Positions 37,619-46,916 of a stretch of 64,000 bases of DNA are shown piece after piece. Both the position numbers and the translations under genes were made by a program. Positions within the stretch are counted from its first letter, which is position 1. The number at the start of each line of letters is the position of its first letter. The DNA is taken from IMG/VR virus record IMGVR_UViG_3300028591_000095, positions 32,001-96,000 of that record. One strand, 5' to 3'. The stretch is from a virus. Lineage: Duplodnaviria > Caudoviricetes. The notes beneath the pieces were generated by a model. The model had not been told where the DNA came from. It did no database searches and saw only the letters and a list, made by a program, of their open reading frames with translations.

Positions 37619-40055
37619 TATTTCCACCTCCATTATTCTGTTCCTCGTTAGGTTTTGAGTTCGGAGTACCTTCTTGCTTATATGCTTGAACGATGTCTCT
37701 GTATACTGAATAAGATTCCTTGTAGAATTTATTCGATATTACATTCGCTGCAGTTGCCGCATAGATGTTTGCAAGCTTCATAAGAGCTTCTTCAGCATCA
37801 GTTAAACCCTGAGAATCTTGTTGTGGGTTGTTTCCATTCTGCTGTTGATTCTGTCCTTGCTGTTGATTCTGTGTTTCGATACGTTTCTTAAGTGCATCTG
37901 CAGCTTTAGTCAATGAATCAGATATGGGTTTGAGCTGTTTAAGAGCGTTCTCAGCTTCAAGAATATTCTCACACAAATCAAGGAACATTTTGTCAGTAAC
38001 TGGTAGAGCCTGATTATTATTCTGAGGAGTTTGCTGCTGCTTATCATACAGAACAAAGTTCTCAACTTCCTGTTTCATCTGTTCATCAGACATCTGTGGA
38101 TCGATCTTCATTCTCAGATCCTGTGGAAGTGCTTTGATAAATAAGTCCGTTGCCAGATGACCAGCTTGTATATTTCTAGTCTTAGCATCGGTGACAGAAT
38201 TAGTCAAGTTTGTTATTGCATCAACATCGAGATGTCTGATCTTTTCAAGGTTGATATTGTACATCGGGAAGTTATTTACAGTGATATTGAAGTTCTTGGC
38301 TTTAAGAGCACCAGCAATTTCTTCATTGGTGGCTTTGTTATTCTTTACCCAAGTGATTTCCAAACGATGCATGTTGAGGAACTTCGGAGCAATATTAGCA
38401 AGCTGATCATGAATCCAACGAATCAATGCTGAGATTCTTCCCTGAAGCTTCATTGAAATATTCTTGGCTTTGTTCTGAAGAGTATTATTATCTCTACCAA
38501 CAACATTGACCTGTGGTTTAGCAGCTGTGTTGGCTTTGTTCTCACCCTGACCGGAATTTGGCTGTTGGTCATCAACTTCCATAACGAATGATTCTGTATA
38601 CAGATATCCAGGTATCATTGTATTTGGCATACTATCAGAGTTATCAACAACGAGTGTGTTGTTATGATAGAGCTTGAGTATACATCTTGTGAGTATCTCA
38701 CCAAGTACAGCAAGAATATCTTTAGTGATTTGATTATCATCAATCTCGTTATTTTTGTATGCTGAAATGATTCCAAGCATTACATTTCCAACATTGATGA
38801 TGTGGTTTGCGATCTCTTCATTCTTGGAGAGATGTTTGTCGCCGTATATATGATATATAGTATCCAGAGTATTAAGTATTGGATGTGTTGCCTGATTACC
38901 TGGATTATCACGACGATAATTTCCATCGTAGAACAGATCACCATATACAAGTTTATCCAACCAATTTACATCAGTATGGAAATCAGCCACTTCATATGGA
39001 TCTTCGTATGTACGCTGTCCGGTCTTCTGATTGATCCATGAATCACCAGGCTGTTTGAAAGTATCACGCCTGTGCTTAAGTAACATTGGAACTATCGAAC
39101 TAGCACCAGGAATGTCACATATAGTATTGAGATTCACATACTTGATCAGGAGCTGTGCAATAGGTGACTTCGGATTCTTGATGATGTAATAGAGTGCTGA
39201 AGCCACATCATGGAAATCAGGAGTCATATCAGCAAGTACAAGTTCACGGAAGTTACAACCGAATGGAATCTTAGAACGAAATACTCTTGTATCTGTCTGA
39301 AGAAGACAACATTCAGTCACTGTAGATTCTTCATCAGACTTTGTGTTGTATGATGACTTAGGAACAACGTAGTTCTTCATACCACATATTGTGATAGTAT
39401 TCAATGTAACTGCAAAGATGATGAATGACTGAAGGATTCTTGTGAATGCAGATGCTTTGAGTGGTTGAGAAAGTTGCCATACTGGATCCTTATCAATGAT
39501 ACCGGGAAGTGCTTTAACAATGTTCTTCATTACACCAGAGAAATGAAGATCATTTACTTTCTTCAGATCAGCTTTGATGTTCATCTTCTGAATACCAATT
39601 TCATAGTTTGACTTCAAGTATGTTGGGAATACTTCATTATGAGCGATAGTGAGAAGATCATCAAGCATGAAGTCCTTGACATCTACATATGATTGGGTGA
39701 ATGCACCGAGTACGTTTGTTTCATCAAATGGAGTGTCACCGTGCTCTTCAAGGAATCTGTATACAGATTCAACTGCAAATTTCTGCATATCATCAATGTT
39801 GTATTCAAGCATTCCAATGCGGAATGATTTTACAAGATTTGATGTAAATGTAGAAATGTCATTTGGTGTGATCAGACGAACTGCATATTTATTACTGCAA
39901 TATCCGTATTCACAATCAGCTGAAGAATGTACGGCTTTGTTGAGTTGGTCCAATGCTGTCTGATAAAGTTTCATTGCTTTTTCAAACTTCTCATTGAAAT
40001 GATCAGTGAACTCAAACTTTGGACGTGTGTCCTTTTTGTCCATTATATTATTCAA
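37608..40055 (-). CDS. Internal head/virion structural protein
   Basis: 815 aa, YTE|SFVME|V site, Q/N-rich linkers; structural-strand operon. Confidence 0.5.
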   Translation of the reverse strand: MNNIMDKKDTRPKFEFTDHFNEKFEKAMKLYQTALDQLNKAVHSSADCEYGYCSNKYAVRLITPNDISTFTSNLVKSFRIGMLEYNIDDMQKFAVESVYRFLEEHGDTPFDETNVLGAFTQSYVDVKDFMLDDLLTIAHNEVFPTYLKSNYEIGIQKMNIKADLKKVNDLHFSGVMKNIVKALPGIIDKDPVWQLSQPLKASAFTRILQSFIIFAVTLNTITICGMKNYVVPKSSYNTKSDEESTVTECCLLQTDTRVFRSKIPFGCNFRELVLADMTPDFHDVASALYYIIKNPKSPIAQLLIKYVNLNTICDIPGASSIVPMLLKHRRDTFKQPGDSWINQKTGQRTYEDPYEVADFHTDVNWLDKLVYGDLFYDGNYRRDNPGNQATHPILNTLDTIYHIYGDKHLSKNEEIANHIINVGNVMLGIISAYKNNEIDDNQITKDILAVLGEILTRCILKLYHNNTLVVDNSDSMPNTMIPGYLYTESFVMEVDDQQPNSGQGENKANTAAKPQVNVVGRDNNTLQNKAKNISMKLQGRISALIRWIHDQLANIAPKFLNMHRLEITWVKNNKATNEEIAGALKAKNFNITVNNFPMYNINLEKIRHLDVDAITNLTNSVTDAKTRNIQAGHLATDLFIKALPQDLRMKIDPQMSDEQMKQEVENFVLYDKQQQTPQNNNQALPVTDKMFLDLCENILEAENALKQLKPISDSLTKAADALKKRIETQNQQQGQNQQQNGNNPQQDSQGLTDAEEALMKLANIYAATAANVISNKFYKESYSVYRDIVQAYKQEGTPNSKPNEEQNNGGGNNAQ

Positions 40056-40237
40056 AACAATCAGCTCCTTTTATAAAATTTAATCGTCTGGGTTCAATAT
40101 AGTTTCGAATCCCAATGTAGATTACATCCTCGTTTTTATCAACTCATCAATAAGTCAGGGATATTCCATTACCATCTTCCCTATGATGGTCCTGACTTGA
40201 TAACTCCAATAACTAAAGCGTTTGTTTGTTTAATGTC

Positions 40238-40259
40238 GACCCCGGGATTACCCGGGGTC
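40238..40259 (-). terminator. Intrinsic terminator hairpin
   Basis: GACCCCGGG-ATTA-CCCGGGGTC after the RNAP subunit gene. Confidence 0.7.
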
Positions 40260-40267
40260 ATCATTTT

Positions 40268-41011
40268 TCAGTCTTCAGTAAATTGAGCTCTAACGAGTCC
40301 TGTATTATAGTAAGCTTCTGATACAATATCAGTCTTAATACCCATTGCTTTCAAGAACAAGTCAGTCTTAAGCAATGTGGGTTTATCAAGTGAATTGGTT
40401 TTGATATCCGCAAGTTTACAACTACCCGATTCAGATATCTTCTCAAGCATGTTTTCATACTCGATCATGTTATCACCACGAACACCACAAATCTCGGACA
40501 GAACATTATCAGCTCCAATACCAATAAGGATTTCATTCTCGATTCCAGAGAATGTACCACCTTTGGATTCACCCTTAGCAATACCTGTAAGATCATCACG
40601 ATCCAAGTCATTAATTACACCGGTTGATTTTTTGGTCTGGAGTTGTTGTACAGTCTTGATATTGAGATATCCAACCAGTACAGGAGTACGAGTTCTGATT
40701 GGACGATTTGGGTTTGATGATACATGTGGAAGATATACGTACTCGTACAACTTGAGATTCATAGCGTCTGCAGCTTTCTCAATGTTCTCATATTTGAGAG
40801 TCTTGCGTTTATCATACTCTTCAATGTCAAGTCTGATATTAGCTTTTGGATCTGCTAAGAACTGAGTAACCCATTGTGTGAACTCAGCATCATTCATGTG
40901 AGAAAATACCGCACGATATTTATTAGCATTATCTCCAGAAGGATCCATAGCATTTAATGTACGATATATGAGAGTCTCAATTTGACCACGCTTAGATTTT
41001 ATATCAGCCAT
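40268..41011 (-). CDS. Phage multisubunit RNA polymerase beta subunit, C-terminal fragment (probably virion RNAP)
   Basis: VLVGY..QQLQTKK..RDDLTG..KGG..SGIE..L..GA..LSE..RGDN aligns with the RpoB C-terminal region; phiKZ/AR9-type split subunit. Confidence 0.75.
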   Translation of the reverse strand: MADIKSKRGQIETLIYRTLNAMDPSGDNANKYRAVFSHMNDAEFTQWVTQFLADPKANIRLDIEEYDKRKTLKYENIEKAADAMNLKLYEYVYLPHVSSNPNRPIRTRTPVLVGYLNIKTVQQLQTKKSTGVINDLDRDDLTGIAKGESKGGTFSGIENEILIGIGADNVLSEICGVRGDNMIEYENMLEKISESGSCKLADIKTNSLDKPTLLKTDLFLKAMGIKTDIVSEAYYNTGLVRAQFTED

Positions 41012-41023
41012 TTATATCACCTC

Positions 41024-42346
41024 TTAACCGATAACACCCTTCTGTATAATGTAACCCTGATTTTCAATTTTTGCAGGTGTGATAGGTGTATTATCATCTA
41101 TGCGATTAGTTTTACAATCAAATACGTTTTCAAATCCAAGAGTCTTTGCAGGTATTGATTTTATATTAGGATATACGCTCATATCTCGTATATCAACTAT
41201 AAATTTCGAATCTTCATTCGTATTGAATTCAAGTCTTTTAGTTCCAACATTATAGTCTCTATGTTGATAACCTTGAGCAATTCCTTGACGGTTCATATCT
41301 GTGACTTTATTGAGCATGTCCGAAGCAGTCATACCTCTACCAGATGTATTACCGTTAACCTGACGCTTCATATCCTTTGTAATCTCAACACAATCATTCA
41401 GAATAACCGCTTGAGTTTTAACAGATTGATTCATCAATTGCTGTCTGACTGAACTTGTAGCAGTTTGTGCATTGTTTGCAGCTTGATTAGCTTGTTGTAA
41501 TGATTGATTTACAGACTGATCGATTTTTTGCTGTTGTTCTTGAATCTGTTTAATCATTGCTTGGAAATCACCAGCTTTAATTGTCACAAATCCATCCTGT
41601 TGAGTTGGCTGAGATGTTTGCTGTTGGGTGTTTGGTTGATTCTGTGGAGTTGGTTGTGTAGGATTCTGCGGTGTTGGTTGTGGGGATGGTTGTGGAGTAG
41701 GTTGTTGTGGAGTAGGTTGTTGAGATTGACTCAACTCTTGTTGCTGTTTTTCAAGTAAAGTCTTTTTGATCTGTAAAGCTTTCATCTTCTTTTCAATTTC
41801 AGCAAGCTCAGCTGCGATCTGTTTAAATTCTTGCTCATTCTGCTGATTATCAGGTTGACTCAATGCTTGAACAGCTCTCTGGTTCACTTGTGTGTATTTT
41901 TGAACTTCCTGTTGAAGTTGCTGTGTCTGTGGTGGAGCTTGTACCTGGGTTTCAGGTGGTATCTTCTTTGTGTTGAGAACTACAAAGTTTGACGCTTTCT
42001 TACACCAACCAAGAAGTTTATTGATACCATTCTCAATCTTGTTTGAAAGATTTTGAACAAAGTTATCATTTGAATTGTTTGTAGCATTGCTGATTTTCTG
42101 ACCAACTTTGTCAACAGCTGCGTTACCTTTCTGAATAGCATTATCAAATCCTTTGTCAATCTTTTGACCAACATTTGATACGCCTTGTGTAACAGCTCTT
42201 CCAGCTTTCTGGATATTATCTTTGAAACCAGCTTCCATGCAATAGAATTCCATCACATATTCTTTTTCATATGATTTCATTAATGCCATAAGCACGTTAT
42301 ATTCAGACTCCAGAATTACGTATTCTATTTCCATAGTCATAGACAT
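41024..42346 (-). CDS. Gln-rich internal head protein
   Basis: Shares its N-terminal leader with 42837..43958; QPTP repeats. Confidence 0.55.
   Translation of the reverse strand: MSMTMEIEYVILESEYNVLMALMKSYEKEYVMEFYCMEAGFKDNIQKAGRAVTQGVSNVGQKIDKGFDNAIQKGNAAVDKVGQKISNATNNSNDNFVQNLSNKIENGINKLLGWCKKASNFVVLNTKKIPPETQVQAPPQTQQLQQEVQKYTQVNQRAVQALSQPDNQQNEQEFKQIAAELAEIEKKMKALQIKKTLLEKQQQELSQSQQPTPQQPTPQPSPQPTPQNPTQPTPQNQPNTQQQTSQPTQQDGFVTIKAGDFQAMIKQIQEQQQKIDQSVNQSLQQANQAANNAQTATSSVRQQLMNQSVKTQAVILNDCVEITKDMKRQVNGNTSGRGMTASDMLNKVTDMNRQGIAQGYQHRDYNVGTKRLEFNTNEDSKFIVDIRDMSVYPNIKSIPAKTLGFENVFDCKTNRIDDNTPITPAKIENQGYIIQKGVIG
41640..41722 (-). repeat. Coding tandem repeat (QQPTP/QPSP/QNPT linker)
   Basis: Repeated GGTTGTTGTGGAGTA-type units. 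Confidence 0.7.
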
Positions 42347-42358
42347 ATAGATTCCTCC

Positions 42359-42832
42359 TTATATAAATATTTTATTTGAGTATAATTGGTTGAGTTCATC
42401 GAATGAAACTCCAATTACAACTTTCTTTGATTTGGAACCGATTGCCATTCTGTCACTGCCTTCAATCTGTAATATCAATGCAGGATTTCCTTCAAGCTCG
42501 TCAATAATACAATCAATGGTGATATCGGTTATTGACAAACGATTACACTGTTCCTCAAGTTCTTCCCTGATCTTCTTAGGAATAGATTTATCATCAGCAT
42601 ATTCGAATAAATATGATTCGATGTTGATACCCAATTCAGGTATCGATGGATACTGACCTGGTTTCATTAATAGGAGCGTCAGTATGATGTTCACAGCCAT
42701 TTCGAATGTGGAGATGACTTTTGGTTTAGAAGCTGAATCATATCCCATAGTTGCATCATAACCTAAGGTCTGAACAGATGATGGATACTTTCTATTGATC
42801 TCTTGGAGCGTAATACCTTTTTCATCTAACAT
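42359..42832 (-). CDS. Baseplate wedge protein, gp25/GPW-like
   Basis: ILTLLLMKPGQYPSIPELGINIESYLFE matches the gp25 family signature. Confidence 0.75.
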   Translation of the reverse strand: MLDEKGITLQEINRKYPSSVQTLGYDATMGYDSASKPKVISTFEMAVNIILTLLLMKPGQYPSIPELGINIESYLFEYADDKSIPKKIREELEEQCNRLSITDITIDCIIDELEGNPALILQIEGSDRMAIGSKSKKVVIGVSFDELNQLYSNKIFI

Positions 42833-42836
42833 AATA

Positions 42837-43958
42837 TCATTCCTTTCTTATGACAGGGATATTATCTATCGATACCAGTTCCGTCAGTTGTCGTTTCAAC
42901 AATGCATCGTCTCCACTACCAGGGGTTACATCCCATTCTCCATTGGTTTCATGAGCATTATTGAAATATGTTGCTTCGAAACAGTCAAATGCCCATTTAC
43001 ATAATGACTTAAGGTCAATTTGCGGAATTGAGCCATCAACTAAATCGGATTGTCTAATTGTATAACCAAACGATGTCCATATTTCTCGACCAGTAGCATC
43101 ACGACCATATTTAATATGATCACCACCATAACTTTTATTCACACCTAAGTCTTTATCAAACTCACCACCAAATTCTCTACACAAATCACCGACATACGCG
43201 CTTACCATTATCCAGCAATATCCATTTTGACAACTGTATTTGAATTGGTAAGATCCGCGTTCTGGGTCTGCACGAACAGAATGTTTAGCAGCACTGCTAG
43301 ATGTTGCTAGGAATGCACAAGCGCTTTTAAAGTCGGTACAAAGTGTTCTAATGCTGATATATTTTCCACCTTGAACCGATCCATTTGGAGTTCCAACTTT
43401 TTCAAAAGATTTCTTTAAATTCTCAATAATATATTTCGTTTCTTCAAGAGATTTATTAGTTGAAATCTGTTCTGTTATATTCTTATTAGCTTTAGCAAGT
43501 TCTTCAAGAATTTCCTTACAACGTTGAACATTTGCAATATTCTTCTCGTTCTCAGCTTCATCGAGATATTGTTGAACGGTTGTTGTCATCTTTTCAACAG
43601 CTTTCAAATAATCAGCAAGTGTTTCATTGGATGCTTTTTCAAGATTACCCATAGAATCTTTCAATTTTGAAAACTCTTCTGAACTTTCATCTATGAGCTG
43701 TTTCAAATCTCTGAGATCAGGTTTCGGATCAACTGGTTTGGAATCATCTTTACCGAATAAACGTCTTATCTTCTTTCTGATCCAATCAATTATTCTACGA
43801 CATAATGCAACGAGTCTTTTCAGCAAACCTGGTTTAGATTCACCATCAGCTTCCATATAATAAGATTCCATAAGGAATTCTTTTTCATATGATTTTGATA
43901 ATGACATGAGTACATTGTATTCTGATTCAAGAACAATATCTTGTATATTCATTATCAA
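42837..43958 (-). CDS. Internal head protein with shared N-terminal leader
   Basis: IVLESEYNVLMSLSKSYEKEFLMESYYMEA leader followed by a coiled coil. Confidence 0.55.
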   Translation of the reverse strand: MIMNIQDIVLESEYNVLMSLSKSYEKEFLMESYYMEADGESKPGLLKRLVALCRRIIDWIRKKIRRLFGKDDSKPVDPKPDLRDLKQLIDESSEEFSKLKDSMGNLEKASNETLADYLKAVEKMTTTVQQYLDEAENEKNIANVQRCKEILEELAKANKNITEQISTNKSLEETKYIIENLKKSFEKVGTPNGSVQGGKYISIRTLCTDFKSACAFLATSSSAAKHSVRADPERGSYQFKYSCQNGYCWIMVSAYVGDLCREFGGEFDKDLGVNKSYGGDHIKYGRDATGREIWTSFGYTIRQSDLVDGSIPQIDLKSLCKWAFDCFEATYFNNAHETNGEWDVTPGSGDDALLKRQLTELVSIDNIPVIRKE

Positions 43959-44240
43959 TCACTCCTTTTTTAATTCATCACGTATCATTTCACATATCAC
44001 TGAGGCATCTTTGCCTTTCATATAGAAATCATACAATTTCTCAATCAATAATGTCAGTATGATTGATGTTGACTGTGAAGCATTTGCAAACACTAATTCA
44101 CTTGATAATGATACATTAGATCTCATTATCGTTAATAAGTATTCATCTGATTTATTTGATATATCTCCTTTAGTAGATAATGTAATCACTTCTGGAAATC
44201 TATCAATTATCATCTGAATGGTTTCATGTACTTTACTCAT
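43959..44240 (-). CDS. Hypothetical protein
   Basis: Start revised to ATG 44240 (RBS GGGGTGA), which removes the overlap with the upstream gene. Confidence 0.55.
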   Translation of the reverse strand: MSKVHETIQMIIDRFPEVITLSTKGDISNKSDEYLLTIMRSNVSLSSELVFANASQSTSIILTLLIEKLYDFYMKGKDASVICEMIRDELKKE

Positions 44241-44250
44241 ATAATCACCC

Positions 44251-45000
44251 CTATTCAGGACGATTGTTTGGTGATTCAACATATTCATTATCGAACTCAT
44301 CATAGTTCTTATCAAGAATCTTGATGTAATGCATTCCAGTTCGTTTGCATTCATTTCTCATCATTTGGTCTTTTCTTGCTTCGATATCACGATTATGTTC
44401 CATGAATGATGTGTTGAAGTTACCTTGTTTAATCTCAACATGGAGATTCAATGATGGAATGAAGAAATCTGGAATGTACAGATGTTTGGTTCCGTCTCCC
44501 CATTTGTAATGGAAATCTACTGGGGATGGAGCAATGATATCATCAGGACTCCAGTCCATGCTCTTGAGATGATTCAAGAAATCAACTTCGTAATTACCGA
44601 TAACTCTGAACTTATGATTCTCATCCCATACATAATCACGAGCATCAGCATGATTCATCATCATCTTACGTTGTTGAGCTCCATCATTCAACAGATGTTC
44701 TTTTCCATACACATTAACCATTCTCGATTTCATCATCTTGACGTAAGCTTCCTTACATTTCGGATCATCACAAAGTCGAGCATATTTTAATGTATCATCA
44801 TTGAATGCGACTCTACGTTTACGACACATCAAACACAAACGTCCCATCGGTTTATTGACGAATAATGAATAAGCAAACTCGTATCCATCATCACAATCCT
44901 GAGGAATTTGGTCATTGTGTTTATAAACAACATGATCACAATACTTATGTTTATCATCAAATGATCTGTCACAGAATAAACATTTTACTCTACGACTCAT
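44251..45000 (-). CDS. Zn-finger PD-(D/E)XK nuclease (TnsA-N / T4 gp4 head-completion nuclease-like)
   Basis: N-terminal CxxC..H..H finger and CxxC..C..C; HLYIPDFF..VEIK catalytic motif. Confidence 0.7.
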   Translation of the reverse strand: MSRRVKCLFCDRSFDDKHKYCDHVVYKHNDQIPQDCDDGYEFAYSLFVNKPMGRLCLMCRKRRVAFNDDTLKYARLCDDPKCKEAYVKMMKSRMVNVYGKEHLLNDGAQQRKMMMNHADARDYVWDENHKFRVIGNYEVDFLNHLKSMDWSPDDIIAPSPVDFHYKWGDGTKHLYIPDFFIPSLNLHVEIKQGNFNTSFMEHNRDIEARKDQMMRNECKRTGMHYIKILDKNYDEFDNEYVESPNNRPE

Positions 45001-45025
45001 AGTCAAACCTCCTTTAATAAAGAAT

Positions 45026-45039
45026 ATTATAGTTTGGTC
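45026..45039 (-). promoter_or_regulatory. Putative late promoter GACC-N6-TAAT
   Basis: Back-to-back with 45042-45055. Confidence 0.5.
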
Positions 45040-45041
45040 TC

Positions 45042-45055
45042 AACCAATGTGTAAT
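45042..45055 (+). promoter_or_regulatory. Putative late promoter AACC-N6-TAAT
   Basis: CAACCAATGTGTAATCT; compare CAACCAATCGRTAATCT at 7998 and 62723. Confidence 0.5.
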
Positions 45056-45097
45056 CTATCTCTGATAGAATTAAACTAACGAAAGTGGTGATATTTA

Positions 45098-45625
45098 ATG
45101 AGAGTAAATGTAATGGGTAAAGGTGTTTGCCCTGTTCTCGGTTCGATCTTGCCAATCGTAAATGTTGATATTGATGAAGGAACACTTCTGAGACTTGTTA
45201 ACACACGTACAATCCGTGTATTTGATGCAATCACAGGACTTCAGATTACATCAAGAAATTACAAGAATATCATAATGTCAAGAGTAGTAGCTCCTAAGGC
45301 ACAGGTTGAAACACCCGTTGAACCCGTCAAGGTCTCTCCAAATCCATCGACTGCTAAGAAGAAGTCAACAAAGAAGTCAACCAAGGAAGAGGCTCCCGCA
45401 ACAGTGGAAGCTGTACCAGAGGTTGCTGCAGAGGAGACTCCTTCCGAACCTGTTGAGGCTCCAGTAGAAGTGCAGTCAGAGCCCCAGCCAGAAACTCCTG
45501 AAACAGAAACTCCAGCTGAGACAACAGACACAACCGACGATACAACAGAAGATTCGTCAGCTGAGACTGAATCAGAAGATACTGAGCAGACCACATACTC
45601 ATCAAAGAAGAAGAAGAGAAGATAA
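45098..45625 (+). CDS. Hypothetical protein with small N-domain, acidic disordered tail and basic C-terminus
   Basis: E/T/P-rich tail ending in SKKKKRR. Confidence 0.65.
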   Translation: MRVNVMGKGVCPVLGSILPIVNVDIDEGTLLRLVNTRTIRVFDAITGLQITSRNYKNIIMSRVVAPKAQVETPVEPVKVSPNPSTAKKKSTKKSTKEEAPATVEAVPEVAAEETPSEPVEAPVEVQSEPQPETPETETPAETTDTTDDTTEDSSAETESEDTEQTTYSSKKKKRR

Positions 45626-45629
45626 GATA

Positions 45630-45649
45630 GGGCGGGGTTAACCCCGCCC
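45630..45649 (+). terminator. Intrinsic terminator
   Basis: Palindrome GGGCGGGGTTAACCCCGCCC. Confidence 0.75.
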
Positions 45650-45669
45650 AATTCTTTTATGTCTCAAAA

Positions 45670-45683
45670 AACCAAACCGTAAA
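45670..45683 (+). promoter_or_regulatory. Putative late promoter AACC-N6-TAAA
   Basis: Upstream of the 45709-49289 operon. Confidence 0.45.
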
Positions 45684-45708
45684 ATTATACTTTAAAGAAG
45701 GTGATAAA

Positions 45709-46902
45709 ATGGATGAATTCATAAATGAATTTGATTTTGGTATTGATGAAGCGATGACATTTATAATGGAATCTGCTGAAACGAATCTCAGATTGAGAAA
45801 AGAAATCATCGAACCAATCATGAAGGTTCTTGATACCAAAAAGGGTTCTGATGAATATCTGAAGTTTGGTACTGAATTTATTGAAGCTAATGCTGAAATG
45901 CTTGCAAGAGAATTTCCAACTAAACGTGTATCATTCCCAAAGAAATACGTTGATAATATATTCAGTGTATTTGGATTTGATAAAGATGAATTCAAGAAAA
46001 CATTCAAAGAATTATGTGCTGATATCAATGGTAGTGACTTCAAGACTGTAATGGCTACTCCAACGAACATAATTCATACGATTGTTTTATTCTATTCAGA
46101 TATCACATACAATCGTTATGTTAGAGACTCAGCACGTCAACAACTTGCATTGACTGTCTATCACGTTATGTTCAATAAATTCTATCATGGTTTACCAGAT
46201 GAGAAAGTCATGGCATATACATATCTTCATCTTAATAGAAACTGGGCTATCATTAAAGCTGAAGATATGATGACATGGATATCTGATATGGTTGATTCTG
46301 CATATGGATTCTATAAAACCCAACTCACACTGAATACTTCTGCACACACAATCATCAAGTTCTTGAATAGACTCAGAGCACAGATGCGTCAGTCAATGGC
46401 ACAACTTGCAAATGTTTACTTTAAGAATCAGACTGAAGGCAATCGTGTTAATGAAGATTCTACAACTGGAGACAATGAATATATTGTATCTGATGATACA
46501 TCTCAAATCCGTAGTAAACTCATGCAGTTGTTGAAACGTGGTGATACTCTGTATACTACTGAAAGTAATTTGTATACTGGAGTTGGCAGACTCAAGAATG
46601 TTTCATCAAAAGCATTATTTGAATTAGCCCAGCAAGTATCTCATAGAGATATCAGTGAATTGATTGATTTAATATTCTACGTGTTCATAGTAAAAGAAGG
46701 ACATAAGGTTGAAGAAATCAATTCATCTGCATACATCGGTGAGATAACAAACTTACCAACCAAAGTTGATCGTTGTATTCCTGGAAAACCTATCATTGCT
46801 CCATATGTAAAGAAATACAAGGTCAAGAAAGAATTGATCGTCGCATATATCTGTCTTATTGCAACATGGATAATGATGAGGATCAATGACGTTACTAAAT
46901 AA
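45709..46902 (+). CDS. Hypothetical (likely virion) protein
   Basis: 397 aa helical protein with a FIME|S head-type site near the N-terminus. Confidence 0.6.
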   Translation: MDEFINEFDFGIDEAMTFIMESAETNLRLRKEIIEPIMKVLDTKKGSDEYLKFGTEFIEANAEMLAREFPTKRVSFPKKYVDNIFSVFGFDKDEFKKTFKELCADINGSDFKTVMATPTNIIHTIVLFYSDITYNRYVRDSARQQLALTVYHVMFNKFYHGLPDEKVMAYTYLHLNRNWAIIKAEDMMTWISDMVDSAYGFYKTQLTLNTSAHTIIKFLNRLRAQMRQSMAQLANVYFKNQTEGNRVNEDSTTGDNEYIVSDDTSQIRSKLMQLLKRGDTLYTTESNLYTGVGRLKNVSSKALFELAQQVSHRDISELIDLIFYVFIVKEGHKVEEINSSAYIGEITNLPTKVDRCIPGKPIIAPYVKKYKVKKELIVAYICLIATWIMMRINDVTK

Positions 46903-46916
46903 AAGGAGATGATAAT

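Noticed and set aside
40090-40115. T-loop-like GTTTCGAATCCC
   Set aside because: No cloverleaf or acceptor stem; I recognised no tRNA in the window.
40120-40152. Hammerhead-like TTGATGA..GAG on the minus strand
   Set aside because: The core deviates from CUGAnGA/GAAA and stems I and III cannot be formed.
44251-45000. Tn7 TnsA transposase or homing endonuclease
   Set aside because: No other Tn7 genes or ends; its position leading a virion operon fits a gp4-like head-completion nuclease better.
45600-45625. KKKKRR as a eukaryotic nuclear localisation signal
   Set aside because: Bacterial RBSs, holin and peptidoglycan hydrolases indicate a bacteriophage; a basic tail alone is uninformative.
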